From the NCBI GenBank assembly GCA_026395685.1, contig JAPLYG010000008.1:15225-79224 (forward strand): a DNA stretch of 64,000 nt, read 5' to 3'. Numbering within the stretch: the first letter of the stretch is position 1; each line of letters starts with the position of its first letter. Positions 10,101-20,327 of this stretch are shown piece by piece. A program made the position numbers and the translations under genes. Under the pieces are notes generated by a model, which ran no database searches, had not been told where the DNA came from, and saw nothing but the letters and a program-made list of their open reading frames with translations. The stretch comes from Candidatus Parcubacteria bacterium. Its GTDB lineage: Bacteria; Patescibacteriota; Patescibacteriia; CAIXNZ01.

Positions 10101-11480
10101 ACCGACCTCAATAATCTTATCGGCTATTTCCGCAGGGTCAATATCGCTAAATTTTTCTAAATGTATTACCACAGCAGCACTCTGACCTGCTTCAATCAAT
10201 TTGAAAGCTACCACTTTATCTAAATTATTAAATTTTCCTAAAAATCTTGCTACCAAATCTGCTCTATTTGCCTCAATTATCTTCAGAACTATTTCCTTAT
10301 GATCTAGCCCGATAAAGATGCCTAAATTGAAAATTAATGCATGAGGCCCATCAGCTACTTCAATAATTTTCAGGGCAATCTCACGATCTAAATCTTTAAA
10401 GTCCTCTAAATATCGCACAACCATGAAACCTTTTCCTTGCTCAAAAAGCATTAAAGCGATTTTTTTATAATCCAACTCTTTAAATTTTTTCAAATTCCTG
10501 ACAAGGGCAGAACTCCCAACAAGAGAAGAGCTCACATTATCCTGCATAATAAGCGCCTCAGCAACTTGCTGATAATTAACACCGTTAAATATATCCGGAT
10601 TCTCGGCGACCGGGATCTCCAGTCCTTCTTTAATTAATTTCAACGCTGTTTCATTATCCAGTTCATGAAACCTTCTTAAATATCCTTTTTCAGCGATATA
10701 AGTTTTTCCGCCTCGTACGTTTAATAAAGCTAATAATATTTGTTTGTGGCTGGCTGGATCAAATGCCTCAATTCTTCTTACCACATCTTCTGCCTTGTTA
10801 TTATTAATTAATTCTATGGCAATTTCCTTATGATTTAAACCTCTGAAATTCCCAAGATAGTTAGCCACATTCTCGCCCTCCCCTCTTTTTATAAGTTCTG
10901 AGGCAATTTCCTGATGATCCAACCCTATAAATTTCCCGAGATTTTGAGCCAGACTCCTGCCCTTACCGCTATCAATAAGTTTTGTGGCGACTTCTTTATG
11001 ATCAATTCCTTTAAACTTTTCTAAATAATCAGCAACAAACTCACCGCCTCCATACTCAAACATGGCCCAGACTATTTTCTGATAGTCCAGCCCCTTAAAT
11101 TCTTCTAAATTTGCAGCAACATCTTTACTTCTTCCAGCCTTAATAAGCAGCAACGCAATTTCTTGGTGAGCATGCCCTTCAAGCTTATCCAAATTATTAA
11201 TAATCACAATGGGCCTAATCTTCCAAATAAGACCGGAAATAATATCCCTAGTATTTTTTCCTTTATTATCCTTTATATATTTATCTAATACTTCTTCCTC
11301 CTGCTTTAGAGCTCTTAATTCTTCAACATATATATTATATTCAACTGGGTATTTTTCTTTCAGCTGAGCAGGCGTCAGCTTGTAGTCTTCCTCAGCAATA
11401 TCAAAAGGAACTCCTTTTTTAAATTTCAGAGCTTGATTTTCAAATTCTTCTTCTGATTTTAGATGTTTGAATTCAGGCAT
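7197..11480 (-). CDS. Giant helical-repeat protein with GDxTxCCM/DNxE domain and C-terminal GNAT acetyltransferase
   Basis: 1427 aa; 28-aa repeats (HQEIALLLIKAGRSKDVAANLEEFKGLD); HSDP-GDDTSCCMPFG, DNVE, IGLGYLD, YSD; GNAT motif A IYFHDIAVDPDKQKTGVG. Confidence 0.85.
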   Translation of the reverse strand: MPEFKHLKSEEEFENQALKFKKGVPFDIAEEDYKLTPAQLKEKYPVEYNIYVEELRALKQEEEVLDKYIKDNKGKNTRDIISGLIWKIRPIVIINNLDKLEGHAHQEIALLLIKAGRSKDVAANLEEFKGLDYQKIVWAMFEYGGGEFVADYLEKFKGIDHKEVATKLIDSGKGRSLAQNLGKFIGLDHQEIASELIKRGEGENVANYLGNFRGLNHKEIAIELINNNKAEDVVRRIEAFDPASHKQILLALLNVRGGKTYIAEKGYLRRFHELDNETALKLIKEGLEIPVAENPDIFNGVNYQQVAEALIMQDNVSSSLVGSSALVRNLKKFKELDYKKIALMLFEQGKGFMVVRYLEDFKDLDREIALKIIEVADGPHALIFNLGIFIGLDHKEIVLKIIEANRADLVARFLGKFNNLDKVVAFKLIEAGQSAAVVIHLEKFSDIDPAEIADKIIEVGEGYTVATLIDRFPGLNNKAMAIRLIANGQGKAVADNLTKFEGMDKDVALAFINANLPEVLSFEFDYFKGLDNEVAIALIIKNFETTVLDNLHKFVDLDHRMIALALIHNGMGPAVADDLEKFTGLKGGDYQLILEALLAEMPSADKVVKFCQEKKVSLNLEKYNYYKDLGLEHKEFWEINEHYDELSKLNKKNRVNKVAEFLLNNPGYIWDREICAWFKELASLIGTENAWKYIKGSDRHDALYFLPDLFQIVTNKEELKNILLQTASDSAVSIEGMDSRQLLVNAVKNFQPGWREEFEKEGWFKNVKTFRKKVELRRKMTPRMQEALNNLQESNPKLYEYANKLIAHPTVGMGPALMLFTDAERFLQLPDSHANKKLQSELEPNQWAELGDGYYTIALRPEDIVKALVEGQIDTMSPFKPYSKDYTMILKNKEARDKEKELDHLAKQIEGNLEKFITVYLADSNQYLSADLNKSLEVFKIIENLDFEELKKYTQERAAGLVSGKKFGDNSEALLEQITQIKDKDDLKKVWRQILESKDIKAEFLAKKIKSKREKFEVKNLIPEEQKILIEDMKAVIEDHRLKYSGEEIIMRAEILPHSDPRYATIGDDTSCCMPFGSGKQNVYLFSPQCGAMTLSFRQPGQSPEEARIVVQSIMTLDKGIGKEKFEKLVTDLRLHGEVNLQETLGPDFLEKFYNSQNVIACDNVEGQNNLVQRLIKNDESIISVIYKAFFDEYRKQLGMENSRVVIGLGYLDYLKNIKTTPPNEFLPQALISYSDNLHDKCLELLPEGAPKDSAKRIGIQDISWRDTFPVAYLEEKIYGSNPALVEGITTMQKILTASNLQAEQEKTNALTLGHFTDAGVLDGYVLGYLAKEPGRDETKIYFHDIAVDPDKQKTGVGMELAWGLMKKIENDDKLNKMPIVMRCRETTSYPIIMKYAGQYNYEIAVDTKMKEAGETFHRLELRKIKK

Positions 11481-11639
11481 ATATTTATTTGTAATGTTGT
11501 CTTAATTTTAGCATAATTTTATGGGTAATTACAACCTAAAAAGCGGCCAGCCAGACAGTTATTTTAATTCCTTTATAACTGCGCTGCCATTTACTCAAAA
11601 ACCTTGATTTTTTGCTAATAATCAAGTAACCTTAAAGTA

Positions 11640-13154
11640 ATGACTGGCAAAAATTCCAACATCTTAATCACAGCTTTTCTAAAGGTTTTTAACCAAAACC
11701 CTGATTTTAAATTTGTTGATAAATTACTTAAAAAATTTCCAACAGCTGAAATATATCTGGTCGGCGGCAAAGTGCGCGATATTTTACTGCAAAGAGATTC
11801 TTATGATTATGATTTTGTTATCCGCAAAATCAAAGCCAAAGACCTGGAAACATTTTTAGCCCAAGAAGGCTCAGTCAATTTTGTCGGCAAGTCTTTTGGC
11901 GTATTTAAATTTGTTCCCAAAAAATATGACAGCCAAGAACCGATCGATATTGCTCTGCCCCGCACTGAACAGTCATTCATGACCGGCGGATATAAAGACT
12001 TTGATGTCCAGACTGATCCGGAACTGCCCTTGGAAAAAGATCTTGCGCGCCGTGACTTTACCATCAATGCCATGGCAGTAAATATTGCTACCGGAGAAAT
12101 AATTGATCCTTTTGACGGACAAACTGATTTACAGAATAAGCTAATCAGAACAGTAGGCCAGCCAGATGAAAGATTTCAGGAAGATTATACCCGCATGATC
12201 CGCGCCATTCGCTTTTCCACTCAACTATTTTTTAAAATTGACCAGCCGACTTATCTGGCTATTCAAAAACTGGCAGCCAAGATTAAAACCATGGCTACTG
12301 AGAGGCTGACTGAAGAATTTACTAAAATTATTATTTCTCCCAATGCCGAGTATGGGGTTCAAATTTTACAGAAATCAAATTTGCTGAAATATTATCTGCC
12401 TGAGCTGGAACAAGGCGTGGACGTCTCCCAAAACAAACACCACATTTACAGCGTTTTCACCCATAATGTTAAAGCACTCGGCTTTGCCGCTCAAAGAAAT
12501 TATAATCTTAATGTGCGCCTGGCAGCTTTATTTCATGACATTGCCAAACCCCAGGTCAAAGCCGGTGAGGGGCCGGATTCCACTTTTTACAACCATGACA
12601 TTGTCGGCGCCAAAATTACCCGCAAAATTTTACAGCGTTTGAAATATTCCAATGACATCGTTGATAAGGTTTCACATTTGGTAAGACACCACATGTTTTT
12701 CTACAGTTTAGGCGATATCACTGACGCTGCTGTCCGCCGCTTATTGGCGCGCGTGGGCAAAGATAATATCGGTGAAATAATCCAGGTCAGAATCTGCGAT
12801 CGTTTAGGCATGGGCCGTCCCAAAGCCAAGCCATTTAAGCTGATTGATCTGGAAAAACGTTTGCACGAAGTCCAGCTTGATCCGATTTCTGTTAAAATGT
12901 TGAAAATTGACGGCTCGGAATTAATGAAGATATTGGATATCAAACCCGGCCCTAAAATCGGTCTGCTTTTAAATGCGCTTTTAGCCGAAGTACTGGAAGA
13001 TCCCAAAAAAAACAAAAAAGCTTACTTACAAAAACGACTTAAAGAATTAAATAAGCTTTCTGACGACAAACTTAAAAATCTGGCGCCCCAGCTGGATAAA
13101 TATGAAGAGGAACGGAAGAAAGAATACTTTTCCCATGTTAAATGGGTGGAATAG
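11640..13154 (+). CDS. cca: CCA-adding tRNA nucleotidyltransferase / poly(A) polymerase family, HD domain
   Basis: YLVGGKVRD, DYDF, DLARRDFTINAMA, RFQEDYTRMIRAIRF, LFHDIAKP, FYNHDIVGA. Confidence 0.9.
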   Translation: MTGKNSNILITAFLKVFNQNPDFKFVDKLLKKFPTAEIYLVGGKVRDILLQRDSYDYDFVIRKIKAKDLETFLAQEGSVNFVGKSFGVFKFVPKKYDSQEPIDIALPRTEQSFMTGGYKDFDVQTDPELPLEKDLARRDFTINAMAVNIATGEIIDPFDGQTDLQNKLIRTVGQPDERFQEDYTRMIRAIRFSTQLFFKIDQPTYLAIQKLAAKIKTMATERLTEEFTKIIISPNAEYGVQILQKSNLLKYYLPELEQGVDVSQNKHHIYSVFTHNVKALGFAAQRNYNLNVRLAALFHDIAKPQVKAGEGPDSTFYNHDIVGAKITRKILQRLKYSNDIVDKVSHLVRHHMFFYSLGDITDAAVRRLLARVGKDNIGEIIQVRICDRLGMGRPKAKPFKLIDLEKRLHEVQLDPISVKMLKIDGSELMKILDIKPGPKIGLLLNALLAEVLEDPKKNKKAYLQKRLKELNKLSDDKLKNLAPQLDKYEEERKKEYFSHVKWVE

Positions 13155-13250
13155 GGCGAAAACGCCTGCCTCAATGTCACCCTGAGGCTCTCGAAGGGTG
13201 GCGCTCATGGTTCGAGAACCTCACCATGACAACAAAGGGCGTTTTCGCCC
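13154..13250. repeat. Composite palindromic element: GGGCGAAAACGCC inverted repeats enclosing a TGTCA...TGACA REPIN-like unit
   Basis: 13154-13166 pairs with 13238-13250; inner TGTCACCCTGAGGCTCTCGAAGGG...GGTTCGAGAACCTCACCATGACA. Confidence 0.8.
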
Positions 13251-13297
13251 AAACTAAACTTCGGCCTTCGGACTTCATCCTTCGGCCTTAAAACCCT

Positions 13298-14218
13298 ATG
13301 ATTATAAAAATTAAACCCGAACAAGTTGACCAGCGTCTTGATAAATTTCTAACCAACAACCTGCCTATCACTCGCAGCCAAATCCAGAAACTGATCAAGG
13401 CGGGAAAAATTTTAGTCAATGGCGAACAATCTTCTGTCCATCGTTTTTTAAAAGGAAACGAAGTGATTAAAGTTGTCGCCAAAGATATTGATAAAATTAC
13501 TGAAATAAAAGAACTAAAGCCCAATAAAAGCGTGAAGTTTAAAATTATTTACGAAGATGATAATATATTAGTGATAGACAAACCGGCCGGTCTTTTGGCC
13601 CACCCCACAGAACAAATGGAGCCCAAAACCTTAGCCAGCGGCTTGCTTGCCAGATATCCGCAGATTAAAAATGTCGGAGAAAATAAACTGCGTCCCGGCA
13701 TTGTCCATCGTTTGGATAAAAATGTTTCCGGCCTGATTATAGTCTGCAAGACACAGGAGGCGTTTCATTATTTTAAAAAACAATTCCAAAAAAGAAAAGT
13801 CAAAAAAATTTATACAGCCTTAGTTCATGGTAAAATGGAAAAAAACGAAGGTACTATTGATTTACCGATTGCCCGTTCAAGCAGCAAAGGCAAAATGGCT
13901 GTAAAATCTCAGGCTCAAGGCGGGAAAAATGCCATTACGAAATATTGGCTCAATAAGCAATTCAATAATTTTGCCTTACTGGACATAGAAATTCTAACCG
14001 GCCGCACCCATCAGATCCGCGCTCATTTAAATGCGATCCAGCATCCGATTGTCGGCGACAAACTTTATACGCAGAAATGGGTAAAGGAAAAGCTGGAAAT
14101 TGATCGTCCGTTTTTGCATTCCAGCTATTTAAGCTTCAAAAATTTGGACGGAAAAACGCTGGAATTTAAATCAAAACTCCCTGCAAAACTAATTAAAATC
14201 CTGGAAAATCTAACATAA
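13298..14218 (+). CDS. rluD: RluA/RluD-family pseudouridine synthase with S4 domain
   Basis: QRLDKFL...TRSQIQKLI S4 domain; IDKPAGL, RPGIVHRLDKNVSG, TGRTHQIRAHL, HPIVGDKLY. Confidence 0.9.
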   Translation: MIIKIKPEQVDQRLDKFLTNNLPITRSQIQKLIKAGKILVNGEQSSVHRFLKGNEVIKVVAKDIDKITEIKELKPNKSVKFKIIYEDDNILVIDKPAGLLAHPTEQMEPKTLASGLLARYPQIKNVGENKLRPGIVHRLDKNVSGLIIVCKTQEAFHYFKKQFQKRKVKKIYTALVHGKMEKNEGTIDLPIARSSSKGKMAVKSQAQGGKNAITKYWLNKQFNNFALLDIEILTGRTHQIRAHLNAIQHPIVGDKLYTQKWVKEKLEIDRPFLHSSYLSFKNLDGKTLEFKSKLPAKLIKILENLT

Positions 14219-14230
14219 GCATTCCCGAGA

Positions 14231-14370
14231 AATAACCAATCAACAATAATCTGCCTGCAGGCAGGTCAATCATCAAACAATTTCAAAAATCTAATATCAA
14301 AATTGGAAATTAGGATTTAGGTAATTAGATATTGTTTGAATATTGATGTTTGATTATTGATAATTATTAA
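14231..14370. repeat. AT-rich heptamer-built imperfect inverted repeat with an inserted CTGCCTGCAGGCAG palindrome
   Basis: Left arm CAATCATCAAACAAT, right arm ATTGTTTGAATATTGATGTTTGATTATTG; related to 16031-16145 and 22497-22618. Confidence 0.7.
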
Positions 14371-14411
14371 ATATTTCAGCCTTCATACTTTAGTCTTTAT
14401 ACTTTAGACTT

Positions 14412-14987
14412 ATGTATCAAATTATAACCATCTCAGGCACACCTGGCTCTGGCAAATCAACTATTGCCCAAAAACTCGCAGAAAAACTTAATGCCGAGCG
14501 CATTTATGTCGGCGCTATCCGACGCGAATTAGCCAGAGAAAAAGGTATTACTCTGGAACAGCTCAATGAATATGGGCTGACCCATCCGGAAACAGATGTA
14601 GATATTGACCAAAAAATTGCAATTGAGGCGCGTGAAGCCGCTAAAAAAGGCATAGTAATAGTTGAAGGCAGAGTCCAATTCCATTTTATTCCTGAATCAT
14701 TCAAGATCTTCATTCATGTTGCCGTGGAAGAAGGCGCCCGCCGTATTTGGAAGCAAATGCAGAATGAAGCTGACAAAAAAATGCGCAATGAAGGTGAAGT
14801 TAAAGACATCAATGCTTTGACCGAGGATATTAAAAAAAGGATAGCTAATGATAAAAAGCGCTATAAAAAATACTATAATCTGGACCATACCGACGGATCT
14901 CATTATAACCTTGTCATTGATACCACTAAAATAACCGCTGAGGCGGCAACCGCTAAAATCCTCAAAGCCCTGCCCAAACTTGACTAA
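14412..14987 (+). CDS. cmk: Cytidylate kinase, archaeal-type
   Basis: ITISGTPGSGKSTIA P-loop, RELAREKGITL, IVEGR, DKKRYKKYY, YNLVIDT. Confidence 0.8.
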   Translation: MYQIITISGTPGSGKSTIAQKLAEKLNAERIYVGAIRRELAREKGITLEQLNEYGLTHPETDVDIDQKIAIEAREAAKKGIVIVEGRVQFHFIPESFKIFIHVAVEEGARRIWKQMQNEADKKMRNEGEVKDINALTEDIKKRIANDKKRYKKYYNLDHTDGSHYNLVIDTTKITAEAATAKILKALPKLD

Positions 14988-15102
14988 TTTGACAGTTTGA
15001 GGTAATATTAGCTTACATAAATCCTTCCGGATTTCTTTTTAATTAAAGGGCTAAAACGCCCTAATTTCTTAATTCATACTTCTAACTTCATACTTCAATC
15101 AT

Positions 15103-15462
15103 ATGGCAACTTCAAAAGTAGCAGACAAACAACTCATTGATAAAACTCAAGTTAAACCGGGCATGGTTGTTCGTGTTTTCGTAAAAATTAAAGATGTAAA
15201 TGCCAAAGGCGAAGAAAAAGAAAGAATTCAGGCATATGAAGGCTTGGTCATTGCCAAGAAACACGGCAATGAACAAGGCGCAACAATTACTGTGCGCAAA
15301 ATCAGCGAGGGCATTGGTGTTGAAAGAATCTTCCCCATCCATTCACCCCTCATTGAAAAAATAGAGCTGGTTGACCAAAAAGTAATTCGCCGCGCAAAAC
15401 TTTATTACACGCGCACTTACAAAAAGAGACTTAAATCAATTTCTGAAAAAAAGCATAAATAA
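15103..15462 (+). CDS. rplS: 50S ribosomal protein L19
   Basis: KERIQAYEGLVI, TVRKISEGIGVERIFPIHSP, RRAKLYY. Confidence 0.97.
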   Translation: MATSKVADKQLIDKTQVKPGMVVRVFVKIKDVNAKGEEKERIQAYEGLVIAKKHGNEQGATITVRKISEGIGVERIFPIHSPLIEKIELVDQKVIRRAKLYYTRTYKKRLKSISEKKHK

Positions 15463-15501
15463 AAAAAGACGCCGTCCGGATCCACCGAACGGCGTTTTTT
15501 T
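15461..15501. terminator. Bidirectional intrinsic terminator
   Basis: AAAAAAAGACGCCGTCCGG...CCGAACGGCGTTTTTTT between convergent genes. Confidence 0.8.
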
Positions 15502-15541
15502 GTTTAAAAGACGAAGCAGGTGCTTCGCCTTGTTAGACTTA

Positions 15542-15730
15542 CTACCCGAAAACCGGGCAGGCCAGTTCCCTGCAGCTTTCACAGCAGTTCGGACCCTTGG
15601 GCGCACAATGGCGTTCAAAATACCCGGGCTGTCGCAAACTTTCCAGTTCGCGCTCAATCGCCCCTGGATCAAAATCTTCCACGTCACCGTTAGTGCATAA
15701 AATCAGATTATCATCTTTTGCTATGGGCAT
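15542..15730 (-). CDS. Small Cys-rich hypothetical protein
   Basis: SD AAAGGAGG 5 nt upstream; overlaps the end of the upstream ORF; HCAPKGPNCCESCRELACP. Confidence 0.55.
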   Translation of the reverse strand: MPIAKDDNLILCTNGDVEDFDPGAIERELESLRQPGYFERHCAPKGPNCCESCRELACPVFG

Positions 15731-15977
15731 AATTTCCTCCTTTGTCTAAATGTTTTTCTGCGACCATGCGCCTAAGATCGTGATCCTTTGGTGTAAGCTT
15801 AGAATCGGGAATTATCCGCGGATTGTCGCATTGCGATTTATAATCAGGACCTTGAACCATGACTGTTTTGGGACCAATGACTTCAACCACTACTCCGCGG
15901 CGAGTCATGCTCGGATCTGCCACAAAAACCGCTTCCACAAAATCTCCCACTTTCACTACCGCTTTTTCGCTCAGCAT
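15711..15977 (-). CDS. Small hypothetical protein, possible SH3/KOW-like beta barrel
   Basis: SD AAAGGAGG 6 nt before ATG 15977 (start revised from 16034); VKVGDFVEAV...RGVVVEVIG. Confidence 0.55.
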   Translation of the reverse strand: MLSEKAVVKVGDFVEAVFVADPSMTRRGVVVEVIGPKTVMVQGPDYKSQCDNPRIIPDSKLTPKDHDLRRMVAEKHLDKGGNYAHSKR

Positions 15978-16030
15978 CAGCATCCTCCTTTGTGGCGATC
16001 TTAGATGAGACAATAACCTCTGTACTATAA

Positions 16031-16145
16031 ACAATCACCAAACATCAATAATCAATTTTCAAACAAATCCTAAATCCAAATATTAAATAACCAATATTTT
16101 TAAACAATTGTTTGATGATTGATTATTGTTTATTGATTATTAACC
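16031..16145. repeat. AT-rich heptamer-built imperfect inverted repeat
   Basis: ACAATCACCAAACATCAATAATCAA...TTGTTTGATGATTGATTATTG. Confidence 0.65.
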
Positions 16146-16146
16146 A

Positions 16147-19023
16147 CTATATCATCTTCTTCAAAAACTGTCCTGTATAACTATTTTTTACTTTAATAAT
16201 ATCCTTCGGAGTGCCCTGAGCAACTATATATCCTCCCTTATCGCCGCCTTCCGGCCCCATATCAATCACCCAGTCAGCGGATTTAATAACATCCAGATTA
16301 TGTTCAATCACTAATATTGTATTACCCTTATCTACTAATTTTTGCAAAACGCCTAACAGCCGGTTGATATCGTCAAAATGCAAGCCGGTTGTCGGTTCAT
16401 CAAGAATATATAAAGTCTTGCCTGTGGCACGGCGTGATAGTTCAGTCGCCAGTTTAACCCTTTGCGCTTCGCCGCCTGACAAGGTCGTAGCGGGCTGTCC
16501 TAATTTAACATAACCCAAACCGACATCGCAGAGAATCATTAATTTATCATGAATAATTGGGATATCTGAAAAAAATCTTTTTGCTTCTTCTACGGGCATA
16601 TCCAAAACTTCGGCAATATTTTTGCCTTTATAATAAATCTCCAGCGCATCTTTAAGATAACGGCTGCCGTGGCATTCTTCACATTCAATATAAACATCAG
16701 GTAAAAACTGCATTTCAATGCGCACCAAGCCTTCACCGGCACAAGCTTCACAGCGACCGCCCACAACATTAAAGCTGAATTTCCCCGCATCAAACCCGCG
16801 CATTTTAGCTTCTGGAATTTGAGTATATAAATCGCGGATATAAGTAAAAACTCCGGTATAAGTTGCGGGATTAGAACGCGGTGTACGTCCAATCGGCGAT
16901 TGATCAACAGTAACAACTTTATCCAAATTGTCCAAACCGACAATTTCCTTATGTTCTGCAGGCTGCTCTTTAGCGCGGAAAAAATGTTTGGCCAAAGCAC
17001 GTGATAAAATATCGATAATCAAAGTGGACTTGCCTGAGCCTGACACGCCGGAAACAGCCACAAACTTGCCCAAAGGAATTTTGCCCTCTACATTCTTCAG
17101 ATTGTTTGCGGTCGCGCCTTTAATGGTAATAAATTTATTATTACCCTTGCGATAAACTTTGCGCGGTTCAATCTTATATTTCCCCGATAAATATAAACCT
17201 GTTAAAGATTCTTTATTCTTCTTAATTTTATCCATTGTGCCGATGTCAACCAATTGCCCGCCGTATTCACCGGCGCCGGGACCAATATCAACAATTAAAT
17301 CAGCTTCTTTCATAATCGCCTCATCATGCTCAACCACAATCACGGTATTGCCCATATCGCGCAACTTTTTCAAAGCATCAATCAGGCGCTTGTTGTCTCT
17401 TTGGTGCAAACCGATTGAAGGCTCATCTAAAACATAAATAATTTCCGTTAAAGACGAGGAAATCTGTTTTGCCAGACGTATTCTCTGCGCTTCGCCGCCG
17501 GCCAAGGTAGTCGCGCTCCTGTCCAAAGTCAAATAATCCAAAGAAACAGCATTTAAATACTCCAAACGTCGTTTAACTTCCTTGATTAACTGCTGAGCGA
17601 TTTTATATTCATTTTCTGTTAAGTTTAATTTCCCCTTATTGGCTTCCGTGCGATACAAACCAGCCTTAGAATTTTTTTCCACCAGATCAAAAAAATCATA
17701 AAGAGTCTGCAAATCCATATTAACCAATTCTGAAATATTCTTATCTAAAACTGTAACCGCCAGGCTTTCGGGTTTTAATCTTTTGCCCTGACAAGTGGGA
17801 CAAATTATTTCTCTCATATAATCCTCGATTTCTTTTTGCACATATTCCGAGTCTGTTTCCCTATATTTCTTTTCTAAATATGGAATAATGCCTTCAAATT
17901 CATGTTTTTTGCCTTCTATCTCAAATTCTTCTTCGCCCGTGCCATATAGGATAATATCAAGTTCTTCTTTTTTAATTTTTTCTACTGGCTTGTCCAGCGG
18001 CACTTTATAATTTCTAGCGACTGTCTGCAGTAATTTATTCATAATCGGCTGATTAGCAGTCAAGCGCGTCCAAACCTTAATCGCTCCTTGTTCAATTGTC
18101 AGACGAGGATTAAAAACCACCAAAAGCGGATCGATTTCCAAACGCACTCCCAAGCCGGTACATTTAGGACAAGCGCCGACCGGAGAATTAAATGAAAAGC
18201 TTCGCAATTCAATTTCCGGCAAATTAATATTGCACTTAGGACAATGCAAATGCTGGGAATAAGTCTGTTCCTGATTATTATCACGCCTTAAAATCGTGAC
18301 CATGCCATTAGCCAGATCCAAAGCTTTATCAACTGCCTGATAAAGCGCTGTTTTATGAATTTTTTCCAATGATGTCTTTTCTACAAAAACATAATCAATC
18401 AGCACATCCATATTATGTTCCGCCTCTTCATCAATCATCATTTTTTCCAGTTCATGCATGCTGAAAATTTTTCCATCTAAGCGCAATTGATAAAACTCAG
18501 CTTTTTTCATTTTTTTTATAACATGATCAAGCTTGCCCTTTTTGCCGATTATTATAGGCGCCAAAACAGCAACCCGAGTTTGAGGCGGCAATTCAAAGAC
18601 TCTTTCCACTATTTGTTGCGCAGTCAATTTTTTAATCGGCTGTCCGCACTTAGGACAGTGAACTATTCCGATTCTGGTAAATAAAAGACGGAGATAATCA
18701 TAAATCTCCGTAATAGTTCCAACGGTTGAACGCGGATTATTGGATGTAGTTTTTTGATCAATGGCAATAACCGGAGAAAGCCCTTCGATCTGATCAACAT
18801 CAGGCTTATCCATTACGCCGATAAACTGGCGGGCGTAGGAAGATAAACTTTCCACGTATTGCCTCTGCCCCTCGGCAAAAATCGTATCAAAGGCCAAAGA
18901 AGATTTGCCTGAGCCGGATAAACCGGTAATGACAATAAACTTATTCTTGGGAATTTCCACATTGATATTTTTCAGATTGTGGACGCGCGCGCCTCTGATA
19001 ATGATTTTGTCTTGTTTGGGCAT
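16147..19023 (-). CDS. uvrA: Excinuclease ABC subunit A
   Basis: [24 protein letters not shown], zinc fingers, second Walker [22 protein letters not shown]. Confidence 0.98.
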   Translation of the reverse strand: MPKQDKIIIRGARVHNLKNINVEIPKNKFIVITGLSGSGKSSLAFDTIFAEGQRQYVESLSSYARQFIGVMDKPDVDQIEGLSPVIAIDQKTTSNNPRSTVGTITEIYDYLRLLFTRIGIVHCPKCGQPIKKLTAQQIVERVFELPPQTRVAVLAPIIIGKKGKLDHVIKKMKKAEFYQLRLDGKIFSMHELEKMMIDEEAEHNMDVLIDYVFVEKTSLEKIHKTALYQAVDKALDLANGMVTILRRDNNQEQTYSQHLHCPKCNINLPEIELRSFSFNSPVGACPKCTGLGVRLEIDPLLVVFNPRLTIEQGAIKVWTRLTANQPIMNKLLQTVARNYKVPLDKPVEKIKKEELDIILYGTGEEEFEIEGKKHEFEGIIPYLEKKYRETDSEYVQKEIEDYMREIICPTCQGKRLKPESLAVTVLDKNISELVNMDLQTLYDFFDLVEKNSKAGLYRTEANKGKLNLTENEYKIAQQLIKEVKRRLEYLNAVSLDYLTLDRSATTLAGGEAQRIRLAKQISSSLTEIIYVLDEPSIGLHQRDNKRLIDALKKLRDMGNTVIVVEHDEAIMKEADLIVDIGPGAGEYGGQLVDIGTMDKIKKNKESLTGLYLSGKYKIEPRKVYRKGNNKFITIKGATANNLKNVEGKIPLGKFVAVSGVSGSGKSTLIIDILSRALAKHFFRAKEQPAEHKEIVGLDNLDKVVTVDQSPIGRTPRSNPATYTGVFTYIRDLYTQIPEAKMRGFDAGKFSFNVVGGRCEACAGEGLVRIEMQFLPDVYIECEECHGSRYLKDALEIYYKGKNIAEVLDMPVEEAKRFFSDIPIIHDKLMILCDVGLGYVKLGQPATTLSGGEAQRVKLATELSRRATGKTLYILDEPTTGLHFDDINRLLGVLQKLVDKGNTILVIEHNLDVIKSADWVIDMGPEGGDKGGYIVAQGTPKDIIKVKNSYTGQFLKKMI

Positions 19024-19321
19024 AAAAAAATAGTTTAGAGTTCAAAATTTAAAATGCAAAATTACAATGTGTAGTTTAAAATTTATGTAGATTATTAAAA
19101 TATATATTCCAAAATTTTTAATTATTAACTGTCCCGAAGGGATCCCTTTGGGATAACTTTGCACTTTACACTTTGAACTTTTAATTCAATAAGCACCGAT
19201 TACAAACATTCTATCATGCCTGTCAAGACTGGTCAAGAGGGTAAGGGTAGAACGTGCAAAATAATCAAAAAACGCCCTGTTTTCATAAGGCGTTATCTTC
19301 TCCGGCTCTTACACTTTTTTA

Positions 19322-19347
19322 TCCGCCATAGCTTTAGCGGAGGCGGA
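19322..19347. repeat. REP-like palindrome (CCGCC..AGCTTTAGCG.AGGCGG family)
   Basis: TCCGCCATAGCTTTAGCGGAGGCGGA; related copies at 17-41, 2340-2367 and 35399-35426. Confidence 0.75.
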
Positions 19348-19427
19348 AGTGTAAGAGCTTCGTACCTGAACACTAAAGTGTTCAGGCCTTTATTTTTCTT
19401 GGCCTTTTGCCTATTGGCTAATGGCAA

Positions 19428-20327
19428 TTACTTCAAATTATATTTGGCAATATTGTCATTGCAAATTTTCTGTAAAATTTTTATCTGTTCCGCTCCTTTC
19501 GGATCCTTGAACAAATGCTTAAACCTGGCGTGATACTTTAAATATTCATCAACCTTAGGAGCATCCTGAGGCACTTTCATGGAACTTACCAATTCCCCGT
19601 TGACAAATTCCACTACCGGGAAAAATCCTGTCTTTTGCGCCAATTTGCCTAGTTCAATCGCCTGATTATCCTCAATTCCCCAGCCTGGCACGCACGGCGT
19701 TAAAATATGGATAAACTTTGGGCCGGGTGTGTCCCAGGCTTTTTTTACTTTGCGTTTAATATCTTCAATATATCCTGAAGTAGTAGTTGCCACATAACCT
19801 ACTCGGTGCGCTAAAGCAATCTCCAACATATTTTTTTTAAACATTCTATTACCTAAAGATTTTTTACCTGGCCAGGTTGTGCGCGTAAAAGCGTCAAGAG
19901 GCGTAGCGCCTGAAGCCTGGTAGCCGGTATTGGAATAAACTTCGGTATCATAACAAACATATAAAATATTGTCCCCGCGCTCCCACATGCCGGAAATCAA
20001 ACCAAACCCAATATCAAAGGTGGAACCGTCACCGCCTTGCGCCAGGACTTTAACTTTTCCGTCCAGGCCTTTATGTTTTATAGCTGCTAAAATACCGGAG
20101 GCGACTGCTGAAGGATTTTCAAACAAAGAATGAATCCAGGGAACTTTCCAGCTTGAAGTCGGATGCTTTGATGTTGTCACTTCTAAACAACCCGTGGCAT
20201 TGGCAATAATTGTATCGGGACCGCAGGCGTCAATCACATGACGCGCAGCAATCAGCTGGCCGCAGCCCGGACAAGCAGTGTGGCCGGGATTGAGTAAGTG
20301 TTCGAATGGGTTAGTATATTTTGGCAT
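19428..20327 (-). CDS. porB: Pyruvate:ferredoxin oxidoreductase beta subunit (TPP-binding)
   Basis: PGHTACPGCG, NATGCLEV, GGDGSTFDIG, YDTEVYSNTG, PCVPGW. Confidence 0.92.
   Translation of the reverse strand: MPKYTNPFEHLLNPGHTACPGCGQLIAARHVIDACGPDTIIANATGCLEVTTSKHPTSSWKVPWIHSLFENPSAVASGILAAIKHKGLDGKVKVLAQGGDGSTFDIGFGLISGMWERGDNILYVCYDTEVYSNTGYQASGATPLDAFTRTTWPGKKSLGNRMFKKNMLEIALAHRVGYVATTTSGYIEDIKRKVKKAWDTPGPKFIHILTPCVPGWGIEDNQAIELGKLAQKTGFFPVVEFVNGELVSSMKVPQDAPKVDEYLKYHARFKHLFKDPKGAEQIKILQKICNDNIAKYNLK

Noticed and set aside
17625-17675. Apparent short insertion in UvrA ([13 protein letters not shown]) as another REP insertion
   Set aside because: DNA is not palindromic or periodic and matches no repeat in the window.
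19216-19533. 105-aa plus-strand ORF
   Set aside because: Spans a terminator-like hairpin, a REP and the antisense of porB.
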